DNA of 64,000 nt, from NCBI RefSeq assembly GCF_009914755.1, contig NC_060946.1. The stretch is one strand, 5' to 3'. The stretch is from the human T2T-CHM13v2.0 reference genome, Homo sapiens. Shown piece after piece: positions 33,518 through 49,817 of this stretch. The translations under genes were made by a program, and so were the position numbers. How positions within the stretch are numbered: position 1 is the stretch's first letter; every line of letters begins with the position of its first letter. The notes below the pieces were generated by a model. That model did no database searches. It was not told where the DNA came from and saw only the letters and a list, made by a program, of their open reading frames with translations.

Positions 33518-34937
33518 TCAAAAAAAAAAAAAATTAACCAGAGTCGGGTGTAATGGTTCACTCCTGCAATCCCAGCATTTCCGGAGGCTGAGGTGGGCGG
33601 ATCGATTGAGCACAGGAGTTAGAAACCAGCCTGGGCAGTATGCCGAAACCCTGTCTCCACTAAAAATACAAAAACTAGCTGGGTGTGGTGGCAGGTGCCT
33701 GCAGTCCCAGCTACCTGGGATGTAAGGTGGGAGGATCACTTGAGCCCCGTAGGTGGAGGCTACAGTGAGCTGAGATCTTGCTGCTGTACTTCTGGAGACC
33801 CTGTTTCAAAAAATAAATTAACCAGAAACCAGCCCAGTGCAATAACTCACACCTGTAATTCCAACATTTTGGGAGGCTAGGCGGGAAGATCACTTTAGAC
33901 CAGGGTTCGAGACAAGCCTGGGCAACAGAATGAGACCCTGTCTCCACAGAAAAATTTAAAAATTAGCCAGGTGTGATGGCATCTGTAGTCCCCATGACTT
34001 GGGAGGTTGAGGTGGGAGGATCGCTTGAGCCCAGGAAGCCGACGCTGCAGTTCAGCGGTGATCGTTCCACTACACTCCAGCCTGGGTGACAGAAGGAGAC
34101 CGTCTCTAAAAAGATAAAAAAATTTAAAGAAAAACCAACAAAAAAATTAACCTGAAACCCCAGCATCTCTTGCAGTTCTGAGATGGGACAATTTGAGGGT
34201 AAAAGGTGGTGGTGAAGCCTCCAGATAGAATAGGGACAGAACTTCTCAGCTGAACGGGGGCCCATTCCTCAGTCCAAGAGAGAGCGAGACAGAGATGCAC
34301 CCCTCCACACTCACTTTATAAACCAAGAAACTGGAGCACAGAAACGTAAATTGATTTGTCCAAGGTCAGCAAAGGATCAGCGCCAGAGCAAAAGCAAAGG
34401 GCTAATAGAGAAACATCCTCTCCCCGCTCCGCAGCAACGTCAGAGACTTTCTGAGGTGAGATGCATGCTCCTGCAAAGCGTCAGCAGTGACTCACATCGA
34501 TTCCAGGGACAGCGGCGCCAGCCCGGGGCCCCCGCGGGCGTGGGCCTGCTGGGAGGTGGCTCTGCGGGAGCGACGCGCGAATACAGGCCGCAAATGATAG
34601 GCGGGCGGCGCAGGAGCCCCATCTGGAATCCCCGGCGGACTCGCACCGCCTCCGGTTGACAACAATGCTAATATGAGACGCCACTGCTAGCAGCTGCAGG
34701 CTGAGCTGCTCTGGCGAGTCAGACGCCCTTTAAGCCTCAGTTTCCCCATTTGTGAAAGGAGCCAGCGCCGCTCAACAACCCCACTCCCACCGCCACCCCT
34801 GGGGCGCTCGGCCGTCGAAGGCTAAGTGAAGAAGGCCGAGGGGGCAGGCAGAAGGCGCACACGGGCGCCACGCCCTCCTCGCCCCGCACCCCTGTTCCAG
34901 GCAGGTGACGGGGAAAGGAAAGGGACCCTGACTCTAC

Positions 34938-35170
34938 CGTAAACAGGCGGCGCCGCCGCGTGGGGGGAATCGAGCGCGCGCCTCCGCCCTCTGGGGCGGG
35001 GACGGATTTAGGGTCCGGGTCAGGCCGGGGTCGCCACCTCCGGATCCAGCGGTCCAGATGTCCAGCCGGCTAGTCTGTTAGCTCTCTCGAGCTCCCGGCC
35101 TCACGCGCTTCCAGCACCACCTGCTCTCCGCACCGCGGCGGATGATGGCGGAGGAGGAGGATTTTGAAAG
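34938..35170 (-). other. RANGAP1: RANGAP1 non-coding exon 1 (5' end approximate)
   Basis: GC-rich, ATG-free stretch in the CpG island ending at ACG|GTAGAG; the exact TSS cannot be read from sequence. Confidence 0.75.
35163..35168 (+). promoter_or_regulatory. CHR element (TTTGAA), candidate MuvB/DREAM site
   Basis: Exact hexamer at the presumed TSS; RANGAP1 is a known G2/M-expressed gene. Confidence 0.6.
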
Positions 35171-35427
35171 CCGGCAGTTTCTTTGCTTCGATTTGATTTG
35201 TTCGAGGCCCCGGCCGGCTTGCCCTCGCCCCGCTCGCGCGGCCTCTCGGGTAGAGTAGTCCGGTTCCCCATCTGGGAGCGCGATGGGGCGCGCACCGCGA
35301 ACTACCCGTCCCATGGCGCACCGCGCGCAGAGCGTCCTCCACCGCCCTCCTCTTCGCCCTCCCCTGGTGGCTTCTGGCTCTTTCTCGCAGAGACCGCAGG
35401 GAGGTGTTCAGCCGGGAGCGCCCAGAG

Positions 35428-35446
35428 ACTACAATTCCCAGAATGC
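35428..35446 (+). promoter_or_regulatory. ZNF143/THAP11 (SBS) motif ACTACAATTCCCAGAATGC
   Basis: Consensus-level 19-mer match just upstream of RANGAP1 exon 1. Confidence 0.85.
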
Positions 35447-35629
35447 GTTGCACCCAGGTCCCTCAGCTCTTCCGGAAAGGTTTTGTTCGCGTAACTTTGT
35501 TGATAACAGGTACTGCTGGCTGCTGGGTCTCTTGGGCAAGACACAGGTATCCATTTCCCGAAAGAAAAGACTCTTTTCCGTCCCATGAAACTGAAAGGGC
35601 ATTCGAAGGCTTCCACATAAATATGCACA

Positions 35630-36310
35630 AATTACCTGATAATTAAAAAGGGGAAATAGTAACTATCGTAGAGAAGCTCCGCAGACACCACTTGAACGGC
35701 CACGTTAACATCAACAGCAGGACAAGCTGACATTCATCGCACGCTTTCTGTGTGATGCACTGAGAAAAACACGGCGTCACCGTCCGGTCTATAATGCATG
35801 ACCTTAGTCTAATCATGAGAAACCCAAGCTGAGGGACATGGTACAGAATAACTGATCTGTACCCTTCCGGAAATGTCTGTATTATGTAAGACAAAGAAAA
35901 ACTGAGGAACTGTTGCCGATTACAGGAAACGAAAAAGACAACTGAATGCAAGACATGGTCCTGGATCGGATCCTGGGTGGGGATTGCTATAAAGGACAAT
36001 ACTGAAACAGCAAAACTTGACTATATTAGATAATAGTATTGTATCAATGTTAAATTTATTAATTTTGATTATGGTACAGGGTTATGTAAGAGACTGCCCT
36101 TGTTCTTGGAAAAAAATGCTGAAATAATTAGGGACAAAAAGGACATGATGTCTGCAACCTTTATGGTTAAAAGAAATATACCTATACATATACATAGAGA
36201 AAGCAGAGACACAAATGTGGCAAAATGTTAATCAGTTAATCTGGTTGAAGAATATGGGAGTTCTTTGAACATTTTTGCAACTTTTCTGTAGGTGTGAATT
36301 TAAGCATAAA
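35630..36310 (+). mobile_element. Old L1M (L1MC/L1ME-type) 3' end flanking the RANGAP1 promoter
   Basis: Motifs AATCATGAGAAA, TTAGATAATAGTATTGTATCAATGTTAAATT, CAAATGTGGCAAAATGTTAA, TTTGCAACTTTTCTGTA. Confidence 0.7.
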
Positions 36311-36653
36311 AACACAAACAGCGTTTTTTTTTTTGTTTTTTTTTTTTGAGATGGAGTTTCACTCTTGTTGCCCATCTTGGCCTCCCAAAGTGTTGGGATT
36401 ATAGGCGAGAGAGTGTGAGACCAGCCTGGGCAACATGGTCAAACCCTGTCTCGACAAAAAATACAAAAATTAGTTGGACGTGATGGTGCAAGCCTGTAGT
36501 CTCAGCTAAGGGCCTGAGGCAGGAGGATCTGGAGCCTGGGAGCTTGAGGCTGCAGTGAGCCGTGATTGCACCACTGCATTTCAGCCCTGGCGACAGAGCA
36601 AGACCTTGTCTCAAAAACTGAAAAAAGAAAAAAAAAAAAAGTTAAACAGATCA

Positions 36654-36962
<309 letters not shown>

Positions 36963-37829
36963 TTAATTAACAGATCATGCCATATCCTTTTACACACAGC
37001 TCATTTAATCTTCACCACCACAAGGGAAGTGGGCATCATTATCACCCTTCCCAGCACAGAGATGAGAAAACTGAAGCTCTAGACAGAGTGTAACTCTCCC
37101 AGTTCTCAAAGTTCCTGAGATGTGGATCCTCTTTCCACCTTCCCTCTCCTTTTTACCTACAAGGCCCATGTCAAATGCTACTTCATGAGTCTCTCCCTCC
37201 TGCAGGTGCCCACAGCAAGATGCAAAGCCCCACAGCAGTTGGCCTGGGACTCTGGGGCTCTTTGACAGAGTTAACACTGTTCTTGGCAGTTTCCTCCTCA
37301 GCCTGGGAGGGTCTCCAGAGCAGACGCTGTATCCATCTGGGCAGTATCTTCTCTGGGCCTGGCCTGTCATAGGTGCTTCAGGTTTCCCCATTTGAACCAG
37401 ATACCAGTCGGGTTACCGGATGTTTGCTTAAAATGAGTCATAGGCTTCCTGCTATTCCTGTGCTGCTTCCAGCTAGGACTGATCGAATCAGTCTGGATTT
37501 TCCTTGGGGTGATCCGCAGGCTCCCTTTTCCAATTTTACTTCTTGAGACTTTCCTTGGCCCTCACACAGAGACCTCCCAAAGGGAAGAGGAAGGTGGGCA
37601 GGGGAACATCTTAGCTGATCCCGTCCTCATCCAGCTGATAGGACATTGGGTTTTCGGAACTGGAAGGGAATTCTTAGACAACAGAAATTCAGTGGCCTTC
37701 AAGGACCTGGGAGGTAACAGGAAGTCATGGGGCTTGTCGGGGCTTGGTGGGGCTTGGGGGGAGTTAGAGAGTGGATGTTCTGCCTGAAGGTGTTCACATT
37801 CGAAGCTAAAAATCACAAACTCAGCCTGA

Positions 37830-38180
<351 letters not shown>

Positions 38181-38356
38181 TGAATCTATCTTAAACCTCT
38201 TTACAAATGGGGAGACTGGGGTTTGAAAAGGAACAGGGGGTTTGCCCAAGGGTGCCCAGTGAATCAGAAGAATCAAGAATCATCACTGTTTCTGGCCGGG
38301 CACAGTGGCTCATGCCTGTAATCCCAGCACTTCGGGAGGGCGAGGCAGGTGGATCA

Positions 38357-38575
<219 letters not shown>

Positions 38576-39081
38576 TCAAAAAAAAGAATCATCACTGTTT
38601 CCAAGCAACACACTTATCTTCTCTCTTTCTCCTTCCAGCCCTTTCTCCAGCTTTCTCTCTTTCAAGTTATCACCTGAGAGCTAGTCTGCCTGGCCCAAGA
38701 AGTGTAATCATGGCCTTTGACAGATGGATAGTGTCATCCAAGACTATCTTGTTCCTTATTTCAACAAATGAAGAACTAAGGCCCAAGTTACAGTGTGACT
38801 TACACATGAGACAAGGCTGAGCATGGTGGCTCACAACCAACTGTAATGCCAGCACTGTGGGAGGCCAAGGCAGGAAGATTGCTAAACCCCAGGATTTGAG
38901 ACCAGTCTGGGCAATATAGTGAGACTCTGTCTCTACTAAAAACAATTAGCCAGGCATGGTGGTACATACTTGGAGTCCCAGCTACTAGGGAGGCTGATGC
39001 AGGAGGATCCTTGAGCCCAGAACGTGGAGGTTGGTTGCAGTGAGCCATGGTCAGGCCACTGCACTCCAGCCTGAATGATAG

Positions 39082-39297
<216 letters not shown>

Positions 39298-40453
39298 TAA
39301 GACTCCCGAGTAGCTGGGATTACAGGTTCCCACCACCATGCCCAGCTTATTTTTGCATTTTTAGTAGAGATGGGGTTTCACTGTGTTGTCCAGGCTAGTC
39401 TCAAACTCCTGACTCAGGTGATCCACCCACCTTGGCTTCCCAAAGTGCTGGGATTACAGGTGTGAGCCACCATTTCCGGCCTTCTAGGGTTGTTTTCAAC
39501 ATATACACTTCACTTGTGAGTGCGAGGTGAGTTTAAGGGGGAATCAGGAGAAGCAGAGAGTGTTCCAGGCCTTTCTCTGTTGTGCAGCCTTTTTTTGTTG
39601 TTTTTGTAAAGAATGTTTCAAAGACAAAAGCAGGCTGCCTCTGATTAGTCTGGTTTACTTAACTGAGTGTTTTAAATTCCATTCTGGTGCCTGAAAACGA
39701 ACTTAATTGCCAATTGTAAATGGAATAAATAATAATATTTATGTTGGATTCCTGAAAACAGACCAAGGCTGCTGACTTGCCATTTAGTCAGATCAAAAAC
39801 AAATGGCTAAAGTATGCCAGACATGTGAGGAATGTGGAGGGAAATTCCCAACACCCAACTGGGTGCTCGCCTGCAGCCCCTGGAGAGAGATGGGTCAGCC
39901 CACCTGCAGGGCAAGGCAGCCTCCCCCAGGGTCCCCTCCACTGGTGGGAGTGGGTTGGCTGCATCATCTATGAAGGACAGTCGAACCACATCTTTCTCAG
40001 GACTCAAACCAAGGGCATCCCACTAGAGCAACTATTTAACCTTGATAAATAACCATCATTACAATAATTCATTTGTTCTACAAATAGTTATCAAACATCT
40101 ATGTTCCAATAGGCACTGTTCCAGCTCCTGAAAAATCCAGTGATGAAAGAGATTGAAAAGGATGGTGTCTATGGAGGAGTTTTAAATTCTGCTCTAATGT
40201 TTATGGAGGATTTCCCGGTACCAAATGGTTTCTGGCAGATTATCTTCTCTTTTAATAATTCCTTCATCGGCTGGGTGCGGTGGCTCCCGCCTGTAATCCC
40301 AGCACTTTGGGAGGCCGAGGTGGGCAGATCACGAGGTCAGGAGTTCAAGACCAGCCTGACCAATATGGTGAAACCCTGTCTCTACTAAAAATACAAAAAA
40401 ATTAGCCAGGCACTGTGGCACGTGCCTGTGGTCCCAGCTACTTGGGAGGCCTA

Positions 40454-40588
<135 letters not shown>

Positions 40589-40666
40589 TCACGCCTGTAA
40601 TCCCAGCACTTTGGGGCGCCGAGGCGGGTGGATCACGAGGTCAGGAGATCGAGACCATCCTGGCTA

Positions 40667-40906
<240 letters not shown>

Positions 40907-41108
40907 TCACTCTGTCCCCCAGGCTGGGGTGCAGTGGTGCAATCTCGGCTTCCTGAAAGGAGGTTCTCTTGAACCTCTGCCTCCTGGGTCCAAGAGAGTC
41001 TCCTGCTTCAGCCTCCTGAGTAGCTGGGATTACTGACACGTGCCACCATGCCTGGCTAATTTTTGTATTTTCATTGTATTTTACTTTCAATTTATTTTTT
41101 AATATTAA

Positions 41109-41386
<278 letters not shown>

Positions 41387-42003
41387 TGAGTCACTGCACC
41401 TGGCCTTCATCTTCTCTTTTAATAATCCTCTTGTGGCCGGGTGCAATGTCTCATGCCTGTAATCCCAGGACTTTGGGAGGCCGAGGTGGGTGGATCACGA
41501 GGTCAGGATTTTGAGACCCGCCTGACCAACATGGTGAAACCCCGTCTCTACTAAAAATACAAAAAGTAGCTGGGCCCCTGTAATCCCAGCTACTCGGGAG
41601 GCTGAGACAGGAGAATCGCTTGAACCCGGGAGGCGGAGGTTGCATGAGCCGAAATCATGCCATTGCGCTCCAGCCTGGTCAACAGAGTGAGACTCCGTCT
41701 CAAAATAAATAAATAAATAAATAATCCTCTTGTTCCAAAATGGAAACAATTTTTTTTTTCTTTTTTAATGAAAACTGAGCTGGGCACAGTGGCTCACGCC
41801 TGTATTCCCAACACCTTGGGAGGCTGAGGTGTGAGGATTGCTTGAGCCCAGGAGTTCCAGACCATCCTGGGCAACACAGCAAAACTCTGTCTCTACAAAA
41901 AAATTGTCTAGCCGGGCGCGGTGGCTCACGCCTGTAATCCCAGCACTTTGGGAGGCCGAGGCGGGCGGATCACGAGGTCAGGAGATTGAGACCATCCTGG
42001 CTA

Positions 42004-42207
<204 letters not shown>

Positions 42208-42577
42208 TTATACAAAAAGTTAACCAGCACGGTGATGCACATCTGTAATCCCAGCTACTCAGGAGACTGACGGGGTAGGATTGCTTGAGCCCAGGAGTTG
42301 AAGGCTGAAGCGAGCTGTGATCTCACCACTGTGCTTCAGCCTAGGCAACGGAGGGAGACCCTGTCTCAAAAGTAAATAAATAAATAAATAAAATGAAAAC
42401 TGTCAATAATCTGTTTAGTATAAATGCAAAAGAGCATTAAGAAATAATTTTTAGGCTGGGCGCAGTGCCTCACGCCTGTAATCCCAGCACTTTGGGAGGC
42501 CGAGGTGGGCGGATCACAGGTCAGGAGATCGAAACCATCCTGGCTCACACGGTGAAACCCCATCTCTACTAAAACTA

Positions 42578-42910
<333 letters not shown>

Positions 42911-42967
42911 CTAACTTTTTCGTTAAAAACAAACAAACAGCCCATCCTGCAGTTAGAAAAATCTACT

Positions 42968-45051
42968 CCTCTCCCTCTCCTTCTCCCTCTCCCTCTCCCT
43001 CTCCCCACGGTCTCCCTCTCCCTCTCTTTCCAAGGTCTCCCTCTGATGCCGAGCCGAAGCTGGACGGTACTGCTGCCATCTCGGCTCACTGCAACCTCCC
43101 TGCCTGATTCTCCTGCCTCAGCCTGCCGAGTGCCTGCGATTGAAGGCGTGCGCCGCCACGCCTGACTGGTTTTCGTATTTTTTTGGTGGAGACGGGGTTT
43201 CGCTGTGTTGGCCGGGCTGGTCTCCAGCTCCTAACCGCGAGTGATGCACCAGCCTCGGCCTCCCGAGGTGCCGGGATTGCAGACGGAGTCTCGTTCACTC
43301 AGTGCTCAATGGTGCCAAGGCTGGAGTGCAGTGGCGTGATCTCGGCTCGCTACAACCTCCACCTCCCAGCAGCCTGCCTTGGCCTCCCAAAGTGCCGAGA
43401 TTGCAGCCTCTGCCCGGCCGCCACCCCGTCTGGGAAGTGAGGAGCGTCTCTGCCTGGCCGCCCATCGTCTGGGATGTGAGGAGCCCCTCTGCCTGGCTGC
43501 CCAGTCTGGAAAGTGAGGAGCGTCTCTGCCCAGCCGCCATCCCATCTAGGAAGTGAGGAGCGCCTCTTCCCGGCCGCCATCCCATCTGGGAAGTGAGGAG
43601 CGTCTCTGCCCGGCCGCCCATCGTCTGAGATGTGGGGAGCACCTCTGCCCTGCCACCCCGTCCGGGATGTGAGGAGCGTCTCTGCCCGGCCGCCCCATCT
43701 GAGAAGTGAGGAGCCCCTCCGCCCGGCAGCCGCCCCGTCTGAGAAGTGAGGAGCCCCTCCGCCCAGCAGCCACCCCGTCTGGGAAGTGAGGAGCGTCTCC
43801 GCCCGGCAGCCACCTCGTCCGGGAGGGAGGTCGGGGGGTCAGCCCCCCGCCCGGCCAGCCGCCCCGTCCAGGAGGTGAGGGGCGCCTCTGCCCGGCCACC
43901 CCTACTGGGAAGTGAGGAGCCCCTCTGCCCGGCCAGCCGCCCCGTCCGGGAGGGAAGTGGGGGGGGTCAGCCCCCCGCCCGGCCAGCCGCCCCGTCCGGG
44001 CGGGAGGTGGGGGGGTCAGCCCCCCGCCTGGCCAGCCACCCCGTCCGGGAGGTGAGGGGCGCCTCTGCCCGGCCGCCCCTACTGGGAAGTGAGGAGCCCC
44101 TCTGCCCGGCCAGCCGCCCTGTCCGGGAGGGAGGTGGGGGGGCCAGCCGCCCCGTCCGGGAGGGAGGTGGGGGGGTCAGTCCCCTGCCCGGCCAGCCGCC
44201 CTATCCGGGAGGGAGGTGGGGGGGTGAGCCCCCCGCCCGGCCAGCCGCCCCATCCGGGAGGGAGGTGGGGGATCAGCCCCCCGCCCGGCCAGCCGCCCCA
44301 TCTGGGAGGGAGGTGGGGGATCAGCCCCCAGCCCGGCCAGCCAACCCGTCCAGGAGGGAGGTGGGGGGGTCAGTCCCCCGCCCGGCCAGCCGCCCTATCC
44401 GGGAGGGAGGTGGGGGGGTCAGCCCCCCGCCCGGCCAGCCTCCCCGTCCGGGAGGTGAGGGGCGCCTCTGCCCGGCCGCCCCTACTGGGAAGTGAGGAGC
44501 CCCTCTGCCCGGCCACCACCCCATCTGGGAGGTGTGCCCAGCAGCTCATTGAGAACGGGCCAGGATGACAATGGCGGCTTTGTGGAATAGAAAGGGGGGA
44601 AAGGTGGGGAAAAGATTGAGAAATCGGATGGTTGCCCTGTCTGTGTAGAAAGAGGTAGACATGGGAGACTTTTCATTTTGTTCTGTACTAAGAAAAATTC
44701 TTCTGCCTTGGGATCCTGTTGATCTGTGACCTTACCCCCAACCCTGTGCTCTCTGAAACATGTGCTGTATCCACTCAGGGCTGAATGGATTAAGGGCAGT
44801 GCAAGATGTGCTTTGTTAAACAGATGCTTGAAGGCAGCATGCTCCTTAAGAGTCATCACCACTCCCTAATCTCAAGTACCCAGGGACACAAACACTGCGG
44901 AAGGCCGCAGGGTCCTCTGCCTAGGAAAACCAGAGACCTTTGTTCACTTGTTTATCTGCTGACCTTCCCTCCACTATTGTCCTGTGACCCTGCCAAATCC
45001 CCCTCTGCGAGAAACACCCAAGAATGATCAATTAAAAAAAAAAAAAAAGAA
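42968..45051 (+). mobile_element. Full-length SVA retrotransposon (probably SVA_F), ~2.08 kb
   Basis: (CCCTCT)n head, Alu-like domain ~43030-43400, GC-rich VNTR ~43410-44535, SINE-R ~44535-45030, A tail; perfect TSD AGAAAAATCTACT at 42955-42967 and 45052-45064. Confidence 0.97.
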
Positions 45052-45270
45052 AGAAAAATCTACTTCTGGAGAAACAAATTACCTTCCCATCTCTTTTGTC
45101 AGGAAACTCTTGGATGATGTACTGACCAAAACAGGGAATAACCTAACAGAGAGGAAGACAGGGATTTTAGGAAACCGGAGATCACACAGGAAGGAGGTAA
45201 AGGGAAATCCCAGGATGATGGCAAAGGGAAGTCCCCAAACAACAGCTGTGCAACAAGAATAAAGAACAAT
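45052..45270 (+). mobile_element. Ancient HAL1/L1ME-like fragment at the SVA target site
   Basis: CAGGAAACTCTTGGATGATGTACT...AGAGGAAGACAGGGAT...CCCAGGATGATGG resembles HAL1 as I recall it. Confidence 0.5.
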
Positions 45271-46055
45271 CAGAGGACCTCTTGAGCCCAGAGGTCAAGG
45301 CTGCGGTGAGCCAAGGTCGTGCCACTACACTGAAGCCTGGGCAACAGAGTGAGACCCTGTCTCAAAACAGAAAAGGACCTATCAGCCCCAAGTGGAGCAG
45401 AACAGAGGGATTTGGGAGGAATGTCCTCAGAAAAAGATATTAAAACACAGTTATCTGATGAGTTTGAAGATGTAAAAAGTTCTACTGAAAGCCATTGTAC
45501 ATAGTGATAGGAAGACATGCCATAGATTAAAAAAATAATAACCTAAGCAAATCAAAATTAGGTAACAAAAGTCCAGGAAAAACAAAAGCTTATAGATGGG
45601 AAATGTAGACAGTATACATCACTTAACTTAGAAATGAGCCATCATCGAAAATAATAAAAACACTGATTATGAATTTAAAAACAAACAAACAAACAAACAA
45701 GGCTGGGTGAGGTGGCTCATGCCTGTAATCCCAGCACTCTGGGAGGCCGAGGTGAGTGGATCACCTGAGGTCAGGAGTTCAAGACCAGTCTGGCCAACAT
45801 GGTGAAACCCCATCTCTACTAAAAATATAAAAATTAGCCGGGTGTGGTGGCACATGCCTATAATCCCAGCAACTCAGGAGGGTGAGGCAGGAGAATCTCT
45901 TAAACCCAGGAGGTGGATGTTGAAGTGAGCCGAGATTGTGCCACTACACTCTAGCCTGGGTGACAGAGTGAGACTCCATCTCCAAAAAAAAAAAAAAAAC
46001 ACACACACATATATCAATGCTATGCATATAATAACTCAGTCCTTGCAGTGACCCT

Positions 46056-46823
46056 ATATTAGAGTTCTCCAGATAAATAGAATCAGCAGGAGATATATGT
46101 ACGTATGAGAGAGAGACACACACACAAAGTGATTTATTTTAAGGAATTGGCTCATGTAAGTATGAAGACTGAGAAGTCCTAAGATCTACAGTCAGCAGGC
46201 TAGAGAGCCAGGAAGAGCTGATGGTTCAGGTCAAATCCAAAGGCAGGGAAAAAATTAATGTCCCGACTGGGCGCAGTGGCTCAGGCCTATAATCCTAGCA
46301 CTTTGGGAGGCCGAGGCGGACAGATCACTTGAGATCAGGAGTTCAAGGCCAACCTGGTAAATACGGTGAAAACCGTTACTACCAAAAATACAAACATTAG
46401 CCGGGTGTGGTGGCGCATATCTGTAGCCCCAGCTACTTGGAAAGCTGAGGCAGGAGAATCACTTGAACTCCTGGGAGGTGGAGGTTGCAGTGAGCTGAGA
46501 TAGCACCACTACACTCCTGCCTGGACAACAGAGCAAGACTCCCTCTCAAAAAAAGAAAGCAAAAGTCAATGTCCCAGCTTGAAGGCCATCATGGAGGAGG
46601 AATTCTCTCTTCTTTGCAGGAGAGTCAGCTTTTTTGTTCTATTCAGGTCATCAACTGGTTGGATGAGGCCCATCCACCTTAGGGAGGACAATCAGCTTTA
46701 CTCAGTTTATAGATTTAAATATTAAACTCATCTGGAAACACCCCCACAAAAGCACCCAGAATGTTTGACCAAATATCTGGGCACCCTGTGGCCCAGGCAA
46801 GTGGACACATCATGAGCCATCAC
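46056..46823 (-). mobile_element. MLT2 (ERVL) solo LTR interrupted by an Alu (46266-46556)
   Basis: TATTAGAGTTCTCCAGA...GATTTATTTTAAGGAATTGGCTCA...CCCTGTGGCCCAG-CAAGTGGACACAT...CCATCACA. Confidence 0.8.
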
Positions 46824-46986
46824 AGACCCTTTCAGTTGGGTACAGTACTTTTTTTTTTTTTTTCAAGACAACCTCTTGCTCTGTCACCCAGGCTGGAGTG
46901 CAGTGATGAAGCCATGGCTCACTGCTGCCTCCACCTTCTTGGCTCAAGGATCCTCCGCTTTGAGGATTCTGGGCTCACCCTCCTGA

Positions 46987-47319
<333 letters not shown>

Positions 47320-47618
47320 TAGCTGGGATCACAGGCGCCCGTGACCACGCCTGGCTGATATTTGTATTTTTAGTAGAGACAAGGTTTCCCCATGTTGGCC
47401 AGGCTGGTCTCGAACTCCCTACCTCAGGTGATCCACCCGCCTCTGCCTCCCAAAGTGCTGGGATTACAGGCATGAGCCACCGTGCCTGGCCACGCCCAGC
47501 TAATTTTTGTATTTTTAGTAGAGACAGGGTTTCACCATATTGGCTAGGCTGGTCTTGAACTCCTGACCTCGTGACCCACCCGCCTTGGCCTCCCAAAGTG
47601 CTGGGATTACAGGCGTGA

Positions 47619-48093
<475 letters not shown>

Positions 48094-48146
48094 TAGTGTT
48101 GGGATTTTGGGTGTACCCCATCGAGTACAGTACTCACATTACCCCC

Positions 48147-48671
<525 letters not shown>

Positions 48672-48768
48672 TAGCTGGGATGGTCTCGATCTCCTGACCT
48701 TGTGATCCACCCGCCTCGGCCTCCCAAAGTGCTAGGATTACAGGCCTGAGCCACCGCGCCCGGCCTAA

Positions 48769-48912
<144 letters not shown>

Positions 48913-49020
48913 TGAGAGGGTAAAAGAATCAACATATGCAAAGTGTTTGGCTCATAGTAAAGAAGCGGTGGCTGTTACTGCTATTTCAGCTTTAACATGG
49001 GGACATAGAGCACACTGTGA

Positions 49021-49290
<270 letters not shown>

Positions 49291-49760
49291 TAGCCAGGAT
49301 GGTCTCGATCTCCTGACCTCATGATCCGCCCGCCTCAACCTCCCAAAGTGCTGGGATTATAGGCGTGAGCTACCGCGCCCGGCCTCCTCCTGGCCCTTTT
49401 CTCCAAAGCATCCTCACCTCTGGTTGGGGTCTTGTAATAAAGACCCCTTTACCATCTTAGGCAGCCCAAACAATTGAACAAGTTGGTACCAACTTGAAGA
49501 GATAAGAGGCTGGTGTCCTGCTGAATCCCCCTTGAATGATGGACAGTCCTCTTCAAGAATATGTGTTCATTATTTCACCAGCAACCTGGGGTGGTGGAAT
49601 CACCAGACCATTTGCCATCTAGTTCACTTGAGGCAAAATGCAGCAATCCAACTGGCCTCAGCATCCTCATCGATGAAATGAGAGTGATAATAACCATGGT
49701 GGTAAATGTGATAAGTTGTCAAGGGTGTTTCATTGTAAATTGCCTAGGGGGTATTGGGAA

Positions 49761-49762
<2 letters not shown>

Positions 49763-49812
<50 letters not shown>
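49763..49812. repeat. (CA)25 microsatellite at the tail position of a minus-strand Alu
   Basis: Uninterrupted CA run read directly. Confidence 0.95.

Positions 49813-49817
<5 letters not shown>

Larger units (their letters stand above)
34480..35500. promoter_or_regulatory. RANGAP1: RANGAP1 CpG-island promoter
   Basis: Dense CpG; GC box GGGGCGGGG at 34993-35001; YY1-like CCGCCATC on the minus strand near 35144-35151. Confidence 0.9.

Noticed and set aside
34938-35010. N-terminal extension of RanGAP1 from exon 1
   Set aside because: The spliced frame is closed by TAA at 35010-35008, with no in-frame ATG or CTG after it. ORF 29585..30049 starts in intron.
35383-35391. TCTCGCAGA as a BANP motif
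   Set aside because: Lacks one base of the TCTCGCGAGA palindrome core.
43410-44535. CRISPR-like repeat array
   Set aside because: SVA VNTR of degenerate tandem units without unique spacers, in human DNA.
43295-44862. Long ORFs on both strands (up to 249 aa)
   Set aside because: Arise from the stop-poor SVA VNTR; SVA is non-coding.
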